64,000 nt of DNA from contig DATCLS010000050.1 of assembly GCA_036563805.1 (NCBI GenBank), forward strand, positions 3,964 to 67,963, written 5' to 3'. Below the pieces are notes generated by a model, which was not told where the DNA came from, ran no database searches, and saw only the letters and a list, made by a program, of their open reading frames with translations. This stretch comes from Acidimicrobiales bacterium (GTDB lineage Bacteria > Actinomycetota > Acidimicrobiia > Acidimicrobiales > VFJN01). How positions within the stretch are numbered: position 1 is the first letter of the stretch; the number at the start of each line of letters is the position of its first letter. Both the position numbers and the translations under genes were made by a program. Shown piece after piece: positions 8,366 to 17,729 of the stretch.

Positions 8366-10594
8366 TCAGGCGCCGCCCGGCGCCCCGCCCAGCCGCAGGT
8401 CGGTCAGCGTCCGCCGCGACCGCACGCCCGACCAGGAGTCGCGCCGCCCCCGCTCAACCCCGGCGACGAAGTCGGCGAGCAGGGCGTGGGTCCCGTCGTG
8501 ACCGGCGGGCGCCACCGCGGACCCCGACGCCCCGGCCAGCCCGGCCCCGGGGGAGGCGGCGGGCGCCGGCCCCGACCCCGCCGGCCCGGACGCCGACCCC
8601 GTGGCTGCCAGCGGGGGCGCCGCCGCCGGGCCGCCCGGCGGGGCCAACAGCTCGGCGTGGGCCGGGGCCTCCTCCACCAGCAGGCGGGCGGGCAGGTGGA
8701 CGGTGGCGGTGATCCCGCCCGCCGGCTGACCGTGCAACCGGACCGTGATGCCGTGGCGGGCGGCCAGCGTCCCGGCCACGTAGTGGCCGAGGTACTTCGA
8801 CGGCGCCACCGTGAACGCCTCCGCCCGGGCCAGCCGCTTGTTGGCCTGGGCGATCTCGGCCAGGGACATCCCGAGGCCGGCGTCGATGACGGCGAGGAGG
8901 TAGCCGTCGGCGGTCCGGTTCCCCTGCACGTGGACGGGCTGGGTCGGCGGCGAGAACCGCAGGGCGTTCTCGATCAGCTCGGCCAGCAGGTGGGCCAGGT
9001 CGGCGACGGCGGGGCCGACGATCGTGGCCGGGGCCACCTCGCGGATGTCGACCCGGGGGAAGTCCTCGACCTCGCCGAGGGCGGCGCGCACGACGTTGAC
9101 CAGCGGGACCGGCGTGGTCCACCGCCGGGACGGCTCCGCCCCCGCCAGGACCAGCACCGACTCGGTGTTGCGCCGCATGCGGGTGGCGTGGTGGTCGAGG
9201 CGGAACAGGTTGGTGAGCGTCGCCGTGTCGGTCTCGTTGGCCTCCAGCTCGGTGATGTAGTCGAGCTGCCGGTTGAGCAGGTTCTGGTTGCGCCGCGCCA
9301 GGCTCACGAAGGCGTCGGCCACGTTGCGCCGCAGCACGGCCTGCTCGACGGCCAGGTCGAGGGCCGCCCCCTGCATGGTGTTGAGCGTGTCGGCCACCTC
9401 GGCCACCTCGTCGCCGGCCGCCACCTCGACCGGCTGGAGGTCGGGCACGACGACGTCGTCGCCCGGCGGCGTCTCGAGCACGCTGCGCACCGCCGCCGGG
9501 AGACGCCGCTCGGCCAGGTCTTTCGCTTGGCGGGTGAGCGAGCGCAACGGCCTGGTGATCGACCGCGACACGAGCGGGGCCACCGTGCCGGCCACGGCCA
9601 GGACGAGGGCGGCGACGACGATGTAGCGGCGCTGCCGGGCCATGGCCTGGGCGTTGAGCTCGTCGGCCCGCTCGCGCACGACCGCGGACACGTCGTGGAC
9701 GAAGCCGTAGTAGCTCTCGTCGTTCTGGATCGAGATGGCGTCGAGGATCGCCGCCACGTCGACGTCTCCGGTGGCCATGACCTCGTTGGCCAGCGGGAGG
9801 GCGCCGGTGGCGTCGCTCTCGACCCGCAGCTCCTCGCCGAGGGCCTCGTAGCGCCCGGTGGCCAGACCGATGATGGCGTAGTGGCCGCGCACCGCCTGGT
9901 CCTTGAGCGGCGACGCCTCGACGATCTCGGCCCGGTCGCGCAGGCGGCCGTCGTCGGTGATGGCCGCCAGGAGGGCCACGCGCACGACCTTGGCGATGGC
10001 GTCGAGCTCCCGCGACGCCATGTCGATCAGGCGCACGCCCCGGCGGAGCTCGTCGTCGGCTACCTCGATGGTGAGCTGGCTGTTCTGGTCGGACAGGGTG
10101 GTGACCAGCCGGGAGTAGGCGTGCCACGTGCCGTCGACGTATTCGCTGTCGACCAGCACCCGGGGCCCCTCGAACTCGTCGACCCGGGTCCGGACCGTGT
10201 CGAGCTCGCGCAGCGCCTCGAGCGCCGGCGTGTAGATGCGCTCGACGTCGCCGCCCTTGCGCTCCACCTCGGCCCGGAAAGCGTCGAGCGCCTCGTCGGT
10301 CAGCCGGCGGGACTCCTCGATGCCGTCCACCGGCAGCTCGACGGCCTCCTCCGTGCCGAGCATCCACATGATCGTGTAGTTGCGCTCGTTCTGGAGGGCT
10401 GTGACCAGGCCCGACGGACCGATGGCCGCCGTGGCCAGGTCGGTCTGCTCGCGCACGGCCCGGCGCTGGCCGGCCGCCTTCGACACCTCCAGGCCGGCGA
10501 CGACGAACAGCATGACCAGCGGAACGGTCAACGCCGCCGCCGTCCCGACTTTGATCGGGATCCTTGCCGCCACGATCTCGCCCCAGACTGTCAA
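8366..10594 (-). CDS. CvnA-like sensor kinase (N-terminal TM, NIT-like sensor, HAMP, H-box, HATPase)
   Basis: IGPSGLVTALQNERNYT (NIT-like), RSITRPLRSLTRQA (HAMP), FRLDHHATRMRRNTESVLVLAG (H-box), ELIENALRFSP ... DAGLGMS (ATPase). Start is TTG 10594 or GTG 10573. A possible -10 TAGATT lies at 10606-10611 (minus strand). Confidence 0.85.
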   Translation of the reverse strand: MTVWGEIVAARIPIKVGTAAALTVPLVMLFVVAGLEVSKAAGQRRAVREQTDLATAAIGPSGLVTALQNERNYTIMWMLGTEEAVELPVDGIEESRRLTDEALDAFRAEVERKGGDVERIYTPALEALRELDTVRTRVDEFEGPRVLVDSEYVDGTWHAYSRLVTTLSDQNSQLTIEVADDELRRGVRLIDMASRELDAIAKVVRVALLAAITDDGRLRDRAEIVEASPLKDQAVRGHYAIIGLATGRYEALGEELRVESDATGALPLANEVMATGDVDVAAILDAISIQNDESYYGFVHDVSAVVRERADELNAQAMARQRRYIVVAALVLAVAGTVAPLVSRSITRPLRSLTRQAKDLAERRLPAAVRSVLETPPGDDVVVPDLQPVEVAAGDEVAEVADTLNTMQGAALDLAVEQAVLRRNVADAFVSLARRNQNLLNRQLDYITELEANETDTATLTNLFRLDHHATRMRRNTESVLVLAGAEPSRRWTTPVPLVNVVRAALGEVEDFPRVDIREVAPATIVGPAVADLAHLLAELIENALRFSPPTQPVHVQGNRTADGYLLAVIDAGLGMSLAEIAQANKRLARAEAFTVAPSKYLGHYVAGTLAARHGITVRLHGQPAGGITATVHLPARLLVEEAPAHAELLAPPGGPAAAPPLAATGSASGPAGSGPAPAASPGAGLAGASGSAVAPAGHDGTHALLADFVAGVERGRRDSWSGVRSRRTLTDLRLGGAPGGA

Positions 10595-10759
10595 CTGAGG
10601 CGGCCAATCTACACATGAGTGTCAGTTGGATGTCGAAGGCGCGGTGCACCGGTCAACGGAACGTGGCCGCGCTCCGCCTCGGGGGCGCCGGGCGGCGGCC
10701 GGCCGGGACGACGGACCCGTCCGGCGGGCGATCACACGGCGGTGATCAGAGGGCGGCGA

Positions 10760-11662
10760 TCACACGGTGGCGATGAAGGCGGCCAGCGCCTGGGCCAGCT
10801 CGACCGGCTGGTCGCCCTGGATGCTGTGGCCCGACTCGGCGAAGTGCTCGATCCGGGCGTCCGGCGCCCGGCGCAGCAGCTCGGCCTCGTCGGCGTCGTC
10901 GACCACCGACTGGTCGCGCAGGCCCCGGGCCAGCATGAGCGGCACCCGGAGGCGCGACACCACGTCCCACAGGCCGGCGAAGTCGAGGTCGCGGCGGGTC
11001 TCGCGGTCGCGGAAGCGAGCGTAGCGCCACACCCAGGTGCCGTCCTCGAGCTGCTCGGCGTTGTGGAGGATGCCCCGGCGCAGCGACGACTCGCTGCGCG
11101 TCGGGTTGAACGCCTTCGTGCGCTCGAGGATCTCGTCGAAGCTGGCGAAGCGCTCGGGCCCGTCGATGAAGGCGGCGATGTGCGCCGACTTGGGTCCCGT
11201 GACGCCGGGGGTCACGTCGACCAGCGTCAGCGAGCGGATCAGGCCGGGTTCGGCGTCCGCCAGGGCCAGCGCCGTCAGCCCGCCGAGCGACATGCCGACC
11301 AGGTGGACCGGCGGGCTGGCCGTGGCCCGGATGGCGGTGGCCACGTCGGCGGCGTTGGCGCGCACCGACAGCGAGCCCTCGCGGCCCGGCCCCGAGTGGC
11401 CGTGGCCCGGCAGGTCCACGGCGACGAGCGGCCGGTCGAGGGCCAGCGCCACCGTGTCCCACGTGTGGGCGTTCTGGGCGCCGCCGTGCAGCAGCACCAG
11501 GTCGGCAGGCCGGTCGCCCCACACGAGCGCGGAGATGTGGCGGCCGTCGCCGAGGTCCACGTTCTCGCGCCGCACGGTCGGCGGCCCGGACCACGGCAGG
11601 CCGAACTCCTCGGCGTTCTCGTGGAAGAGGGCGAACTCGTCGTAGGCGATCCGCTCGGTCAC
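10760..11662 (-). CDS. Alpha/beta hydrolase
   Basis: LLHGGAQNAHTWD and GMSLGG motifs. GTG 11662 lies 8 nt after TAGGTT (leaderless signature). Confidence 0.85.
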   Translation of the reverse strand: MTERIAYDEFALFHENAEEFGLPWSGPPTVRRENVDLGDGRHISALVWGDRPADLVLLHGGAQNAHTWDTVALALDRPLVAVDLPGHGHSGPGREGSLSVRANAADVATAIRATASPPVHLVGMSLGGLTALALADAEPGLIRSLTLVDVTPGVTGPKSAHIAAFIDGPERFASFDEILERTKAFNPTRSESSLRRGILHNAEQLEDGTWVWRYARFRDRETRRDLDFAGLWDVVSRLRVPLMLARGLRDQSVVDDADEAELLRRAPDARIEHFAESGHSIQGDQPVELAQALAAFIATV

Positions 11663-11822
11663 GGCCCGTGAACCTACCGGTCGTCCCGCCGAAGCCCAGC
11701 TTCGCTCTGCGTGCCGCGCGGGTGACAGCCTGGGGCCGGCACCGTCGGGCCGACCGGCCGGGCCGGCCGTGGGGTCGACCGACGGACAGGCGCAGTCACG
11801 TGAACCAGGCGAGGGAGAGGCG

Positions 11823-12380
11823 ATGGACGAGCGACCGTGGGGGCCCGGGCGGCGGGCGGCGCCGGCCGGGATGAGCGACGTCGAGCGGCTCCTGGCCTAC
11901 GAGGAGATCCGCCAGCTCGTCGCCCGGTACGCGCTGGCGCTCACGGCCGCCGACCTCGACGCGCTCGTCGAGCTGTTCGTCCCCGACGTCCGGGCGTCGC
12001 GTACCGCCACCGGGCGCGATGCGCTGCGCGAGGCGTTCGCCCGCCAGCTCACCGAGCCGGTGTACGTGCTCGACGTCGGCACCCACGTCATCAACCTGCT
12101 GGGGCCCGACGACGCGGCCGGGACCGTGCTGTGCACGGTCGAGTTCGGCGGCCGCGACGGCTGGGCCCGCCAGCTCGTCGGCTACGAGGACACGTACACC
12201 CGCCGCGACGGCACCTGGTACTTCGTGCGCCGCCACCACCAGCTGTTCTACGGCGTGCCGACGGCCGAGACGCCGCTGGCCCAGGAGCCGGCGGAGTGGC
12301 CGCGCCGCCAGGTGGGGCGGGGCACGCTCCCGCAGGCCTGGCGCACCTGGCGGGACTTCACGGGTCGGGACGACGTCTGA
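11823..12380 (+). CDS. NTF2/SnoaL-like superfamily protein
   Basis: EEIRQLVARYALALTAADLDALVELFVPD ... DGTWYFVRR pattern. ATG 11823 preceded by GAGGGAGAGG. Alternative ATG at 11871. Confidence 0.7.
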   Translation: MDERPWGPGRRAAPAGMSDVERLLAYEEIRQLVARYALALTAADLDALVELFVPDVRASRTATGRDALREAFARQLTEPVYVLDVGTHVINLLGPDDAAGTVLCTVEFGGRDGWARQLVGYEDTYTRRDGTWYFVRRHHQLFYGVPTAETPLAQEPAEWPRRQVGRGTLPQAWRTWRDFTGRDDV

Positions 12381-12408
12381 CCCCGGGCACCTGTCCCGGG
12401 GCGACCCG

Positions 12409-13765
12409 TCAGTCCAACGGCAGGCGCAGCAGCGCCGGCCCGGCGGGGGCGGGCTCGCCGGCGGCCACCCGGCCCGGCGGGGCCAGGTAGTACACCGCGT
12501 CGTCGGTCACCAGCGCCGCGGTGCCGGCCCGGGGGCCGGTCGCCGCGTCCGGCAGCGGCGGCAGCCGCCACCAGGCCTCGCCGTGGAGCAGGAACAGCTC
12601 GCCGGAGCACCGGCTGACCAGCACGGTGCCCGCCCCGCCCTGCAGCAGGTCGCTGGGGCAGCGAACGCCGGCGGGCACCGGCGGCGGGTCGAGCGGCCGC
12701 CAGCCGCCGCCCGGCGGCCCGGCATGGGCGTCGGCGCCGGCGCCGGGGGTCGAGCCGGGCGTGGCGGGCCTGATGGACGTCGTGGGCGTCGTCGGTGCCG
12801 CGATCCCGGGGGGCGGACGGCGCCCCGCCCGCGGGGGTCGTGCCCGGGCCCGGCCCGGGCGCGGGGACCGTGCCGGCGTCCGAGCCCGGCGCCGGCCCCG
12901 TGGCGGCCACGGTCGCCGCCGGGAGCCGGGCGGCGCCGACGCTCCGGAACTCGGTCGTGGTCGCCACCAGATTGCCGTCCTCGTCGGCGGCCAGGCCGCT
13001 GGCGGCGTTGGCGGGGGCGAACGGCGGCGGGTCGAGGCGGCCCCAGGCCTCGGCCGCCACGTCGAGGACCAGCAGCCGCGGCTGGGGCACGGGCTCCTCG
13101 TCGTACGCCCACAGCACGGCCCGCTCGCCGGTCCACGTCGCCGCCATGACGGTGGCGCCCGGCAGGCCGTCGGCGTTGGGCAGCAGGCGCCAGGCGTCGG
13201 CCGTCGCGTCGTAGGCAGCCGCCTGCGCCGCGGTCCGGCCGTCGCCGTCGTGGCCGCCGACCACCACGACCTCGGACCCGGTCCAGAGGCCGACGGCGCC
13301 CTGGCGGGGCGGCAGCGGGCCGTGGGCCAGCGGCCGCCACTCGTGGGCCATCGGGTCGAAGGCGAACCCCTCGTTGCTCACGGCGGCGCCGGCGACGCCG
13401 CCCCAGACCACGAGCTCGTGGGCCGTGGCCACCACGGTCGCCCGGCCCCGCGGCGGCCCCGGCGGTGCCGACGGCCCCGTCCACCTGTCGTCCTCGAGCA
13501 CCCAGACCTGCAGGGGGCGCACGCCGTCGCCATCGGCCACCGCCACGAGCCGCCCGGCGGTCTGGGCCAGCTCGACATCGCCGGCCTCCAGCGCCCGGGC
13601 CGGCAGCGGGGGCGGCGGTTGGCGGTCCCAGGCGGCGGCGGTCGCCGCCGCCCAGTCGGACTGCCACGACTCGCGTCGCGCCCCGCGGTCGTCGTCGACG
13701 ACCACGGCGAGCACGCCGACGACCAGCGTCAACGCCAGGGCGCACGCGCCGAGCCAGATGATCAC
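12409..13765 (-). pseudogene. Membrane-anchored Kelch/beta-propeller-like protein, reading frame broken near 12.80-12.83 kb
   Basis: ORF 12248..14206 encodes a TM segment (VIIWLGACALALTLVVGVLAVVV) and repeats such as ELVVWGG and AWRLLP, then decays into Arg-rich sequence. The natural continuation (GELFLLHGEAWWRLPPLPD ... AVYYLAPPGRV) is in another frame (ORF 12409..12678). The switch coincides with a G6/C6 run at 12808-12813. N-terminal start uncertain. Confidence 0.55.
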
Positions 13766-13962
13766 CCCTCGCGGCGGGGATCCAGCATCGCCCAAGGGGC
13801 GCGACGCTAGTCCCGCCGATGGGTGCCCGCCGATGCGTCCGTGCGGGGCTCTGCCCGAGGAGGCGCCGCCGGTGCGGTCCCCGCCGATGCCTCCCTGCGG
13901 GGGAGTCCCTGCCGGTGCCGCCCGGCATCGGCGCCGGCAGGGAGGAGTGGGGGCGGCGTCGG

Positions 13963-14112
13963 TCAGCCGGTCCGCAGCTGGAGGCGGACCCGACGCAGGC
14001 GGTGGCGGGTGGTCCGCGCGGTGCGGCGGGTGGTCCGCACCGTCTGGCGCAGCCAGGGTGGCCGCCAGCCGGGCAGCCAGGCGGCCACCCAGTACCTGAC
14101 CGTCGGAGCCAT
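13963..14112 (-). CDS. Small basic protein (49 aa), hypothetical
   Basis: ATG 14112 preceded by GAGGAG with 6-nt spacing. MAPTVRYWVAAWLPGWRPPWLRQTVRTTRRTARTTRHRLRRVRLQLRTG. Third codon positions are almost all G/C. Contains a 21-nt internal direct repeat. Confidence 0.35.
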   Translation of the reverse strand: MAPTVRYWVAAWLPGWRPPWLRQTVRTTRRTARTTRHRLRRVRLQLRTG

Positions 14113-14335
14113 CTGACGCTCCTCGTGTTGATCTGGGTGCCGAGCGACGTCTGCGCGCCCGCTCCCGCGACCGTGTCCGACGCGGCGGGGCCGAGGAAAC
14201 ACTCAATGTGGGGGGCTACCCCCGGCGCCGCCCGGGGCGGCCGGTCGGCTGATCGCGGGGCGCCGGCCGGGAACGACCGGTCGCCCGGTCGGCCGCCCCC
14301 GGCCTGGCCCCGGCCGCGGGACGCGCCAATAATCG

Positions 14336-14346
14336 GAACGACGTTC
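14336..14346. promoter_or_regulatory. Small palindrome GAACG-A-CGTTC in an AT-rich patch upstream of the enoyl-CoA hydratase gene
   Basis: 5-1-5 inverted repeat about 50 nt upstream of ATG 14392. Confidence 0.2.
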
Positions 14347-14391
14347 TAGTCGGAGCCCCGCGCGGCCCCGAGGGAAGGACAGCGCTCCCGC

Positions 14392-15261
14392 ATGACCACC
14401 ACCGAGTCAAGGCCCCTGGTCCTCGTCGACGAGCCCGGCCCCGGCATCCGGCGCTACACCCTGAACCGCCCCGAGAAGCGCAACGCGCTCAACCACGCCC
14501 TGCGCAGCGAGCTGCTGCGGGGGCTGGAGGAGGGTGACCGCGACGACGCCGTCCGAGTCCAGATCATCCGGGGCGCCGGCCCCTGCTTCTCGGCAGGCTA
14601 CGACCTCACGAACCCGGGCCAGCCGGACGAGATGCCGTTCTACACGGCGGGCGGCGACGGCCAATGGCCCCGCCACCAGACCGAGAGCTGGATGCGCATC
14701 TGGGACCTGGCCAAGCCCGTCATCGCCCAGGTGCACGGTTACTGCCTGGCCGGCGGCAGCGAGCTGGCCACGGGCTGCGACCTCGTCTACATCGCCGAGG
14801 ACGCCCAGATGGGCTACCCGGCGGTTCGGTTCGGCGTGCCCGACATGCACTTCCACGCCTGGCTGGTCGGCATGCGCACGGCCATGGAGATGATGGTGAC
14901 CGGCGAGTCGCTGTCGGGCGTCGAGGCGGTCGAGAAGGGGTGGGCCAACCGGGCGTACCCCATCGACCAGCTCGAGGACGCCGTGCTGGAGATCGCCGGC
15001 AAGATCGCCAAGATGCCGCCCGACGTGGTGCAGCTCAACAAGCGGGTCGTGCACCGGGGCATGGAGATCATGGGCCTGCGCACGGCCATCCGGGCCGGCA
15101 CCGAGCTGTGCGCCCTCGGCACCCACCAGCGATCGATGCACGAGTTCGTGGCCCGGATGCAGGAGGAGGGCCTGACCACGGCCCTCACCAAGCGCGACGG
15201 GGTGTTCGGCGACTACCGCACCGCCGCCGACCGCCCGAGCGCGCCGCCGGAGTCGTCGTAG
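14392..15261 (+). CDS. Enoyl-CoA hydratase/isomerase (crotonase) family protein
   Basis: YTLNRPEKRNAL and GAGPCFSAGYDL oxyanion-hole motifs. GAGGGAAGGA upstream. Confidence 0.9.
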   Translation: MTTTESRPLVLVDEPGPGIRRYTLNRPEKRNALNHALRSELLRGLEEGDRDDAVRVQIIRGAGPCFSAGYDLTNPGQPDEMPFYTAGGDGQWPRHQTESWMRIWDLAKPVIAQVHGYCLAGGSELATGCDLVYIAEDAQMGYPAVRFGVPDMHFHAWLVGMRTAMEMMVTGESLSGVEAVEKGWANRAYPIDQLEDAVLEIAGKIAKMPPDVVQLNKRVVHRGMEIMGLRTAIRAGTELCALGTHQRSMHEFVARMQEEGLTTALTKRDGVFGDYRTAADRPSAPPESS

Positions 15262-15299
15262 GGGCTTCGGCCCCGGCGGGTCGGGCCCTCAGGGCAGCC

Positions 15300-16703
15300 T
15301 CAGGGCAGCGTCAGGAACCGGGCGTAGCGCTCCGCCGTGGGCTCGGCCCAGCGCGGGTCGGGCTCGACGATCCGGCCGGTGCGGGCCCAGGCCGCGGCGC
15401 CGGCCAGGTCGGACGAGCCGGTGAGGGCGAGCCGGGCCAGGTAGGCGGCGCCGAGCGCCGCGCCCTCGGGGGCAGCGACGACGTGGACGGGCAGACCGGT
15501 GCCGTCGGCCAGCGCCTGCATCAGCCCGCCGATGCGGGTGGCGCCGCCGGAGGCCACGATCCGGCGGGCGGCGAGGCCGGCCTGGCCGGCCAGGTCCAGG
15601 TGGCGGCGGACGACGAAGGCCGACGCCTCCCACGCCGCCCGGCGGACGGCGCCGGGTCCGTGGGTCAGGTCGAGGCCATGGAGGGCGGCCCGCCGGTCGG
15701 GGTCGTGGAGCGGGGTCCGCTCGCCCCGCACGTAGGGCGCCCACACCGGGATCCGTTCGGGGTCCAGGCCGGCGAGCGGGTCGTCCGGGCCACCGGCGAC
15801 CCGGTGGCCCGGGTCGCCGCCGGGGGCCGGGGCGCCTCCCGGGGCGAGGAGCGCGTCGGCCCAGCCGAGGAACAGACCGCCGGCGTTGCTGGGCCCGCCC
15901 ACCAGCCACAGCCCTTCGGTGGTGTGGGGGATGGTCCACAGCCCGGGGACCGACACCGGCTCGTCGGCCACGACCCAGGCGATCAGCGTCGTCCCGCACA
16001 ACACGAGCACGTCGCCCACGGCGTCGGCTCCGGCGACCAGCTGCTCGGACACCGCGTCGATCGTCCCGGCGGCCAGCGTGACGCCAGGGTCGTCGGCGAG
16101 CGGGCCGAGCGGCGCCCCCATCATCACCACCTCGGGGAGGGCGGCGGGATCGGCGCCGCAGTCCCGGCACGTGGCCTCGTCCCACCCCTCGGGCCCGTAC
16201 AGCGGCATGGCCCCGAACGCGGTGGCGATGTCGACGGCGGCCGCGCCGGCCAGGGCGTGGTTGGCCACCGCCTGCGCCGGCCAGTACCCGGCGGCGCCGG
16301 GCGTCTGCTCGACCAGCCACCGCAGGAAGCCGATCATCTCGTGCCCGTCGCCCGGCTCGTCGGGCCGGGGCGCCCGCCCGCCCCGGGCGTCGCCGTAGAG
16401 CAGCCCGGGGGCGACCGGCCGGCCGTCGCCGTCGACCGCGGTCAGCGTCGGGACCATGGCGGCCACGGCCACCGCCGCCGGCGGGGCCGGTAGCCGGGGC
16501 GCCAGGCGGGCCAGCGCCTCGACCGGGGCCCGGCGCCAGACCCACTCGGCGTCGTGCTCCAGCCGGTCGGGCGCCGGGACCCGGACGGGGTGGGGGAGCC
16601 GGTCGCGGGCGACGACGGTGCCGGCGGCGTCGGCCGCCACGACCTTGACGGAAGTCGTGCCGATGTCGATGCCGACGGTCAGCGCACCGGGCGCGGGGGA
16701 CAC
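15300..16703 (-). CDS. FGGY-family carbohydrate kinase
   Basis: N-terminal GIDIGTTSVKVV and overall FGGY-like organisation. GTG 16703 lies 6 nt after TAGCCT. Confidence 0.85.
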   Translation of the reverse strand: MSPAPGALTVGIDIGTTSVKVVAADAAGTVVARDRLPHPVRVPAPDRLEHDAEWVWRRAPVEALARLAPRLPAPPAAVAVAAMVPTLTAVDGDGRPVAPGLLYGDARGGRAPRPDEPGDGHEMIGFLRWLVEQTPGAAGYWPAQAVANHALAGAAAVDIATAFGAMPLYGPEGWDEATCRDCGADPAALPEVVMMGAPLGPLADDPGVTLAAGTIDAVSEQLVAGADAVGDVLVLCGTTLIAWVVADEPVSVPGLWTIPHTTEGLWLVGGPSNAGGLFLGWADALLAPGGAPAPGGDPGHRVAGGPDDPLAGLDPERIPVWAPYVRGERTPLHDPDRRAALHGLDLTHGPGAVRRAAWEASAFVVRRHLDLAGQAGLAARRIVASGGATRIGGLMQALADGTGLPVHVVAAPEGAALGAAYLARLALTGSSDLAGAAAWARTGRIVEPDPRWAEPTAERYARFLTLP

Positions 16704-16745
16704 GGCCGCAGGCTAGGCCACCCGGATGGGGCATCATGTCGGGCC

Positions 16746-17729
16746 ATGTTCGACGGTGGTCGGCCCCGGGCGCTGGTGACGGCGCCGCTGCGCGGACCGG
16801 GGCTCGAGCGGCTACGGCGCCTGGCCGACGTCGTCTACGACCCGTGGATCGACGTGCACCCGCTCCGGATCTACAACCCGGACGAGCTGGCGGCCCGGGC
16901 GGCCGACGAGAAGGCGACGATCCTGGTGGTCGAGGCCGACAGCGTCACCGGCCCGGTCTTCGACCTGCCGCTGGCTGCGGTCGCCTCGACCCGGGGCGAC
17001 CCCAACAACGTCGACGTCGCCGCGGCCACCGCGGCCGGCGTGCCCGTCCTCCACGCCCCGGGGCGCAACGCCGATGCCGTCGCCGAGCTGGCGGTCGGGC
17101 TGCTGCTCGCCGTGACCCGGCACGTGGTGGTGGCCGACCGCGAGGTCCGGGCTGGGCGCACCTACGCCGACGGCCTCATCCCCTACCAGCGTTTCCGGGG
17201 CCGCGAGCTGCGGGGCCTGACCGCGGGCGTCGTCGGCCTGGGGGCGGTCGGCCGGGCGCTGGCCTGGCGGCTCGAGGGGCTCGGCCTCCGGGTGATCAGC
17301 ACCGACCCCTACAACCCCGACGCCACCCACGGGCTCGACGAGCTGCTGGTCGAGGCCGACGTCGTGTCGCTCCACGCCCCGGTCACGCCCGAGACCGCGG
17401 GGATGATCGGCGCCGAGCAGTTCGCGGCCATGCGCGACGGCGCCGTCTTCCTCAACACGGCCCGGGCCCAGCTCCACGACGAGGACGCCCTGGTCGAGGC
17501 GCTGCGATCGGGGAAGCTGGGCGGCGCCGGCCTCGACCACTTCGTCGGCGAGGACCTGCCGGTCGACCACCCGCTCACCACGTTCCCCAACGTCGTGCTC
17601 ACGCCGCACATCGGCGGCGCGACGTGGGACACCGAGGCCCGGCAGGCGACGATGGTGGCCGAGGGCCTGGAGCGGCTGGCCGCCGGCCAGCGGCCCGAGC
17701 ACATCGTCAACCCGGAGGTACTGGCGTGA
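16746..17729 (+). CDS. D-isomer-specific 2-hydroxyacid dehydrogenase family protein
   Basis: ATG 16746 inside ORF 16554..17729. GVVGLGAVGRALA NAD-binding motif, and LTPHIGGAT. Confidence 0.85.
   Translation: MFDGGRPRALVTAPLRGPGLERLRRLADVVYDPWIDVHPLRIYNPDELAARAADEKATILVVEADSVTGPVFDLPLAAVASTRGDPNNVDVAAATAAGVPVLHAPGRNADAVAELAVGLLLAVTRHVVVADREVRAGRTYADGLIPYQRFRGRELRGLTAGVVGLGAVGRALAWRLEGLGLRVISTDPYNPDATHGLDELLVEADVVSLHAPVTPETAGMIGAEQFAAMRDGAVFLNTARAQLHDEDALVEALRSGKLGGAGLDHFVGEDLPVDHPLTTFPNVVLTPHIGGATWDTEARQATMVAEGLERLAAGQRPEHIVNPEVLA

Noticed and set aside
13741-13800. Apparent 1-nt discrepancy between the printed sequence and the ORF-track translations around 13741 and 13800
   Set aside because: The ORF-track proteins in three frames imply ...agggCgcacgcg... 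and ...ggggcgcgacg..., whereas I read ...aggggcacgcg... and ...ggggcggcgacg.... This is most likely my own reading error on one 60-nt line. It is not treated as biology, but it means coordinates near here may be off by 1.
14336-14346. KstR-type (TnnAACnnGTTnnA) sterol-regulon operator upstream of the enoyl-CoA hydratase gene
   Set aside because: The site reads GAAC-GAC-GTTC. The AAC and GTT cores are 3 nt apart, not 2, and the arms are only 5 bp. It is kept only as a low-confidence palindrome.
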